A DNA stretch of 64,000 nt from the NCBI GenBank assembly GCA_965223105.1, contig OZ244987.1, positions 2,300,192 to 2,364,191 of the forward strand, given 5' to 3'. Within the stretch, counting starts at the first letter, position 1. Every line of letters starts with the position of its first letter. This document shows, one piece after another, positions 59,136 through 64,000 of the stretch. This DNA is from Saprospiraceae bacterium (GTDB lineage Bacteria > Bacteroidota > Bacteroidia > Chitinophagales > Saprospiraceae). The notes beneath the pieces are model-generated. The model saw only the letters and a program-made list of their open reading frames with translations, had not been told where the DNA came from and did no database searches. Position numbers and translations under genes: made by a program.

Positions 59136-60836
59136 ATGGAGGAAAGTATACAGCTACATCCGCACATACTACCAGATTTGGAAGATTGGCCGATCTATAA
59201 GCTAAGCTTAGAGCGCAAGAAGTTTGTAGAAGAGATTAATCAGTTTACTTTGGAGCGTTTCCGTGATAAATATGACGGTGAGTTCACAGATCTTTTGGCA
59301 AAGACAATATATCAGGAAAGGATTCGAATTCGAGAAAAGCCATGGAGGGTCGACCCGCCGAACGAAGCTCAATTTTGGAAAAAGATTCGGAAGAAGGTTG
59401 ATGAAGGGACTCATCTTGATCGCAACGGTCGCCAACAGATTCAGCATGAAGTTCTCTATCAGATCATCAATCGGTATTCTGAAGAAATCGTTGGGTCATT
59501 TGTGCCGAAGACCTACTTGCAAGCTCGGAAAATACTCACAGCCTTATTTAAAAGGCTACTCAGCAAATATCGGGACACGGCAAGGGGCTGGGGACGAAAA
59601 GAGCAATTATACCATCGGATCAAGATTTATGGGCCTATTGAACGCATCAGATCTCTGGCACAGATCGGGACTGTCGTATTGGTACCCACTCATTTTAGCA
59701 ATCTAGATTCGCTTCTGATTGGCTATGCAGTTGATGCAAAAGTAGGGCTACCTTCCTTTTCGTACGGAGCGGGTTTGAATCTTTATAATTTTGGTCCGGC
59801 AGCTTATTTTATGAATCGGTTGGGTGCCTATCGTGTAGATCGGCGTAAGAAAAATCCGGTATATCTCGAAACACTTAAGTCGATGTCTACACTTTCCATT
59901 CAAAAGGGGGTGCACAGCCTCTTCTTTCCCGGTGGTACGCGATCACGATCGGGCAAGGTGGAAGAAAAATTGAAACTAGGCTTACTGGGAACGGTGATTG
60001 AAGCACAACGTGCCATCTGCGAACAAGATGTAGCCAACAAGGTATTTGTGGTACCCCTGATTTTGGACTATCACTTCGTCCTTGAAGCCCGTTTTCTGAT
60101 CGAGCAGCACCTCCGAAGCATCGGTAGAGAGAAATATATGGCCATCCGGGATGATTCAAAAAGCAAAAGGAAACTGCTTAAATTCTTGTGGCAGTATTAC
60201 AATAAGGGTTCAGAAATCGTCATGTCCTTTGGTGAACCCTTTGATGTATTGGGCAATTTTGTCGATGACCAGGGGCAGAGCTTTGATGCGCAAAAGCGTC
60301 CCGTAGACATCTGCGATTACTTCAAATTGGATACTGAACTATCTAAAAATTTGCAGAGGGAATCAGTTTATACCCGTTTGCTCAGCAACAGGATTCTTGA
60401 GAGGTATAAAAAGGATAATGTCGTATTGACATCACATTTGGTAGCATTTTGTGCATTCCAAATTTTATGGAAGGAAAATCCTCATCAGGATTTATTCGGA
60501 ATCTTGAAATTACCGTTCGAAGATATGTGTATACCGATGTCGGCTTTCTTCCGACAGATCGACCAGCTGAGAAACAAACTTTTCAGGCTTGAAGCATCGG
60601 AGATGATCAGAATCTCTGAGCCTGTTAAATGGGAACTACAAGAATTAGTTGCTGACGGCATTGAAAAACTTGGGCTGTATCATGACAAAAAGCCCCTAAA
60701 AGTAAACTCCGAAGAGTGTGTGACAACAGAAAATCTCAAGTTGCTGTTCTATTATCATAACCGCTTGGACGGCTATGGGCTTGATCAGGTGGTTACCAAA
60801 CCAACCCCTTACAGAAAAATGGAAACGGTCTCCTAA
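59136..60836 (+). CDS. Glycerolipid acyltransferase (PlsB/PlsC superfamily; GPAT-like, 566 aa)
   Basis: Acyltransferase block I VPTHFSNLDS (Hx4D) and block III FFPGGTRSRSGK. Confidence 0.65.
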   Translation: MEESIQLHPHILPDLEDWPIYKLSLERKKFVEEINQFTLERFRDKYDGEFTDLLAKTIYQERIRIREKPWRVDPPNEAQFWKKIRKKVDEGTHLDRNGRQQIQHEVLYQIINRYSEEIVGSFVPKTYLQARKILTALFKRLLSKYRDTARGWGRKEQLYHRIKIYGPIERIRSLAQIGTVVLVPTHFSNLDSLLIGYAVDAKVGLPSFSYGAGLNLYNFGPAAYFMNRLGAYRVDRRKKNPVYLETLKSMSTLSIQKGVHSLFFPGGTRSRSGKVEEKLKLGLLGTVIEAQRAICEQDVANKVFVVPLILDYHFVLEARFLIEQHLRSIGREKYMAIRDDSKSKRKLLKFLWQYYNKGSEIVMSFGEPFDVLGNFVDDQGQSFDAQKRPVDICDYFKLDTELSKNLQRESVYTRLLSNRILERYKKDNVVLTSHLVAFCAFQILWKENPHQDLFGILKLPFEDMCIPMSAFFRQIDQLRNKLFRLEASEMIRISEPVKWELQELVADGIEKLGLYHDKKPLKVNSEECVTTENLKLLFYYHNRLDGYGLDQVVTKPTPYRKMETVS

Positions 60837-60888
60837 GCCTACGCAGAGCGTGGGTAAAAAAGATTTAATATCTCAAAGTTAATACACC

Positions 60889-61431
60889 TTGAATTTCATC
60901 ATCTACGACCTTGAAGCAACTTGCTGGAGTGGAGCGCCACCCAATGACATTAGAGAAATCATTGAGATCGGTGCCATCCTACTCAATGGATATGGTGAGG
61001 AGCTTGGCAGCTTCAATAAATTTGTGCGGCCCGTCTCTAATCCTCAACTTTCCCCTTTTTGCAAGGAACTCACCGGAATTGAGCAAAAGCAAGTAAATGC
61101 CGCAAACACGTTTGATGTCGTGATCGAACAGTTTTTTGAATGGTCTCAAATATTCGAAAGAGATTACCTTCTGATATCATGGGGAAAAGAAGATCAAGGA
61201 TTACTCTACAATGATTGCCTCCGTCATGATGTAGAGACGGATTGGATCTATCCGCATCTTAATCTCAAGAAGGCATACCGGTCTTTGAAGAATCTCAAGA
61301 AACCAACCGGTCTTCGAAAAACCCTAAATCTTGAAGGATTTGATTTTGATGGTACACCACATCGGGCCATTGACGATGCAATGAATACTGTCAAGATCTT
61401 TCGACAATACGTTGATGAATGGCCATATTGA
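60889..61431 (+). CDS. DEDDh 3'-5' exonuclease (ERI-1/KapD-like)
   Basis: Exo I motif IIYDLEATCW and Exo III motif HRAIDDAMN. TTG is the only canonical start after the in-frame TAA at 60880..60882. Confidence 0.75.
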   Translation: MNFIIYDLEATCWSGAPPNDIREIIEIGAILLNGYGEELGSFNKFVRPVSNPQLSPFCKELTGIEQKQVNAANTFDVVIEQFFEWSQIFERDYLLISWGKEDQGLLYNDCLRHDVETDWIYPHLNLKKAYRSLKNLKKPTGLRKTLNLEGFDFDGTPHRAIDDAMNTVKIFRQYVDEWPY

Positions 61432-61549
61432 TTTCTGAAGAGTGATTTTGGTTAGCATTCGATTTAATGGGTTGAATCAATCCCTGACAGAATGAAATTC
61501 ATGACATACGCGTTTAATAGCTTGTAGTTAACTTACATAAAACATCGAT

Positions 61550-62263
61550 ATGAAACATAAACAAACATTTTTTCTTTCTTTCTTCCTCTTACTCCTGTCT
61601 TCAGGCATTTATGCCCAGGATATGAAGGAGGGTGTCATTAAAATGGAAATTGTAGATGTTAAGACATCTCAATCAGATATGGAGCAGATGGTGCAAATGA
61701 TGAAGGGATCAACTCATGAAATCCATTTTGATCAAGACAAACAGCGGATCAAAATGAATATGATGGGAGGGCTTATGGAGACCAACATGTATCAGCGATT
61801 TGATGAGAAGGAGATGGAAACTTACATGGATATGATGGGTCAGAAGATCAAAATGGTCATGGATCCGGAACAAATAGCGAAACAGGAGCAGGCTTCACAA
61901 CAGCTGATAGACCAGGATCAAATCAAATATGACAAATCAGATACGAAGGACATTCTGGGTCACAAATGCTATAAAGCAGTCTTGAAGGGCGGTACAGAAG
62001 GTCAGGAAGTTCAAATAACTTTCTATATCAGTGACCGAATTGCTGTACCAAGAGCGTTTGTGCAGAATATGAATCATCTCAAGTTGGAGGGTGCACCACT
62101 TGAAATTATCATGGACATGGACATGATGAGTTTAACCTACCGGGCTGTCGAGATTTCCGATGAGCTTGCCGATGATTTTTTCGAAAAACCTACTGGAGAG
62201 TATAAAGAAATGAGTATGGAAGAGCTGCAGAAGATGGGTATGGGTGGTCAACTTGGTTTCTGA
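61550..62263 (+). CDS. Methionine-rich secreted protein, possibly DUF4412-like
   Basis: Signal peptide MKHKQTFFLSFFLLLLSSGIYAQ. I count 27 Met in 237 aa, clustered as MxM/MM motifs (MNMMGGLMETNM, YMDMMGQKIKMVMD, IIMDMDMM, MSMEELQKMGMGG). Confidence 0.6.
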   Translation: MKHKQTFFLSFFLLLLSSGIYAQDMKEGVIKMEIVDVKTSQSDMEQMVQMMKGSTHEIHFDQDKQRIKMNMMGGLMETNMYQRFDEKEMETYMDMMGQKIKMVMDPEQIAKQEQASQQLIDQDQIKYDKSDTKDILGHKCYKAVLKGGTEGQEVQITFYISDRIAVPRAFVQNMNHLKLEGAPLEIIMDMDMMSLTYRAVEISDELADDFFEKPTGEYKEMSMEELQKMGMGGQLGF

Positions 62264-62278
62264 CCAACATTACAATGA

Positions 62279-63010
62279 TCAAAATCGTGTGCCCAGATAG
62301 TGCGGTAACATGGCTCTCCATGTAGGCCAATCGTGAGGCATGTCATGACCCCAAATGTCACATTCATGCGGAATCGACTTCATCGATAGCAATGCACTAA
62401 ACTGAGAGGTCGCTTCCGGCGTTTCATAGTCCCCTGACCCGCTGAGGAGGTGAATGTGATTACTGTTACGAATCTGTTCCAAGGTGTTATGATCGTGCAT
62501 GTTGCCCACGTAATGCATTGGCGAATTGAAATACACATCATCATTCCAAAACCCTTTACTGTATGTGCTTAGGTCATAGTTACCACTCATAGCAATAACT
62601 CCATCTAAAAGATCTGGACGTTTAAGGAATAGATTCATTGAGTGTAGAGCACCCAATGAAGCGCCACATGTGATAATGGGCGTTTCGTTGCTGGTGCTTC
62701 CCTCGATATAGGGGATTACCTCATGGTAAACATAGTGGTTGAAATCATTGTGACGTATAGCTTTGTGATGAGGCGCCATATCCGGGTTCAACCAACTCTC
62801 TGCGTTGATGCTATTGATGCTAAAGACCTTGACCTTACCTTGATCAATGAATGGGCCTATGACATTAATCAATTGAAACCGCTCATATTCCAGGTAATCA
62901 GCAGCCGCAGTGGGCAGCAATAGAAGCGCAAAACCATAATGGCCATAGGTCACAATCTCCATATGTTTTCCAAGGGCCGGACTATGCCATCCATCAATGT
63001 ATCTGTGCAT
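62279..63010 (-). CDS. Alpha/beta-hydrolase esterase (putative esterase family)
   Basis: Nucleophile elbow GASLGALHS (GxSxG), a downstream GD.. acid and a H..W His region. No signal peptide. Confidence 0.55.
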   Translation of the reverse strand: MHRYIDGWHSPALGKHMEIVTYGHYGFALLLLPTAAADYLEYERFQLINVIGPFIDQGKVKVFSINSINAESWLNPDMAPHHKAIRHNDFNHYVYHEVIPYIEGSTSNETPIITCGASLGALHSMNLFLKRPDLLDGVIAMSGNYDLSTYSKGFWNDDVYFNSPMHYVGNMHDHNTLEQIRNSNHIHLLSGSGDYETPEATSQFSALLSMKSIPHECDIWGHDMPHDWPTWRAMLPHYLGTRF

Positions 63011-63711
63011 TACTTATGTCGATTTTCGATGGTCGCAAATCTACTTAAAAGTTAAGGGAAACCTTGCTCTTCTTGTGTAGAGGATGTCTGATGAATGCAT
63101 ATGTTTCAAAGCACATAAAAGCAGGGATCTGCTGTACGTTATGTACGGCGATCCCTACTCTTTGGTAAACGGGTCTGAGCAGACTAGGTGCCCAAGACCA
63201 GGGTAAAAGGGAATCAGTAAACATAGGAGATGGGATACTGATGGGATAGTAATAATCATACCAATCTTGATGGGTGCTGCGTTTAACTACGTTAGTTGGC
63301 GTTGCTGGTAGGGATACACATAAGTTATTTACGGAAGAATTTCGAGATTGGGTTTGCTAGATTGAGGCGGCAGGAGTGAAGCAGGGGGGGCTTCCAGCAA
63401 GCGACGACGACAAAGTGATGGCAAAACCAATGAAGAGATTGTACATAATAATTATGTGGTTGCCTGCCAATACGCTGTCCATAAAGGTGCTGTAGTGCAT
63501 TCTAAAAATGATTTATTCTCAGATGAAGCATCAGAATCCAGGCAGGGGTTGTAGCCCGGGTGAGGCACTGCAATGAATTATGACAGCAAAGGGCATTAAA
63601 ATTTTTACTAATATCTTAGTGAACAGAGTACTATGTGTAGTTTTTATTTGCCAATTACAGAAAAGGCGGATTACCTCTTTATATTTGTATTCCACAGTAT
63701 AAATCAAATAG

Positions 63712-64000
63712 ATGTCTAGGAAACTTGCAGGGCCCATTTTGGGTCTGCTGATGGGGATAAGTATCTCCTCAAACGGCCAGGAGATAGAAAGTGGCCAATT
63801 TTGCCTTCAGTATTTTCCTCAGGGTACGGTGGAGACTTATGTAGACTCACTGGTAAGCTACCTCACTCGTGAAATGGGAAATGACGGAGATTTGGACAGT
63901 ACCACATCTGATTATATTAACCACTTTGCCTCTTTAGCCACTCGGAAGTCAAAGTGTATCTACTTTGAGAAAGATACCATACTTATTCATGAACTGGTCG
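63712..64000 (+). CDS. Hypothetical secreted protein, 5' part (runs off the right edge)
   Basis: Own translation from ATG 63712: MSRKLAGPILGLLMGISISSNGQEIESGQFCLQYFPQGTVETYVDSLVSYLTREMGNDGDLDSTTSDYINHFASLATRKSKCIYFEKDTILIHELV... is open to the window end and has a signal-peptide-like N-terminus. Confidence 0.45.
   Translation, partial: MSRKLAGPILGLLMGISISSNGQEIESGQFCLQYFPQGTVETYVDSLVSYLTREMGNDGDLDSTTSDYINHFASLATRKSKCIYFEKDTILIHELV

Noticed and set aside
63186-63245. Cobalamin-riboswitch-like string GGTGCC..AAAAGGGAATCAGTAAAC with a 7-bp hairpin
   Set aside because: The diagnostic downstream elements (the GCCACTG segment and the B12 box AGCCAGGAGACCTGCC-like sequence) are absent. The downstream gene is ~470 bp away and is not an obvious B12-related gene. 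It needs an Infernal scan to be certain.

Overview
This 64 kb window reads as ordinary chromosomal DNA from a member of the Bacteroidota. The evidence is two kinds of T9SS C-terminal sorting domains, ~800-aa double-FtsX permeases, a 627-aa YidC and many lipoprotein-type signal peptides. I cannot place it more precisely without a database search. All product calls rest on motifs I recognised by eye in the translations; no BLAST or HMM was run.

I can support about 46 protein-coding genes. I found no rRNA, tRNA, CRISPR array, transposase, integrase or prophage module.

- **About 19.6-63 kb:** mostly housekeeping genes (def, ppk1, gpsA, yidC, ffh, mutS, rarA, ribD, glmM, lysA, tpiA, kynU, engB, an acyl-CoA dehydrogenase, acyltransferases), interspersed with secreted or T9SS cargo proteins.
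- **Left ~19 kb:** accessory-looking. It holds a DUF285/BspA-type repeat surface protein cut by the window edge, a TlpA-like redoxin, three secreted hydrolases (PhoD-like, heparinase II/III-like, ceramidase-like), a 137-bp tandem array of a 9-bp unit in a 743-bp gene-free gap, and four tandem MacB/YbbP-type double-FtsX permease paralogues with no ATPase gene beside them.

I do not see a clear, self-contained novel system such as a defence island, mobile element or biosynthetic cluster. The best candidates for follow-up are:
1. the ATPase-less four-gene permease array;
2. the 9-bp minisatellite;
3. a solitary HNH_3-AP2 protein whose HNH catalytic residues appear lost;
4. a divergent deformylase-like gene joined stop-to-start with an M49-like peptidase gene and an FkbM methyltransferase gene;
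5. a glmM / class-V PLP enzyme / NifS-like trio joined by ATGA overlaps;
6. an ~11% methionine secreted protein;
7. a duplicated 61-bp hairpin-bearing intergenic element.

Several ORF-track starts are N-terminal over-extensions and have been trimmed.
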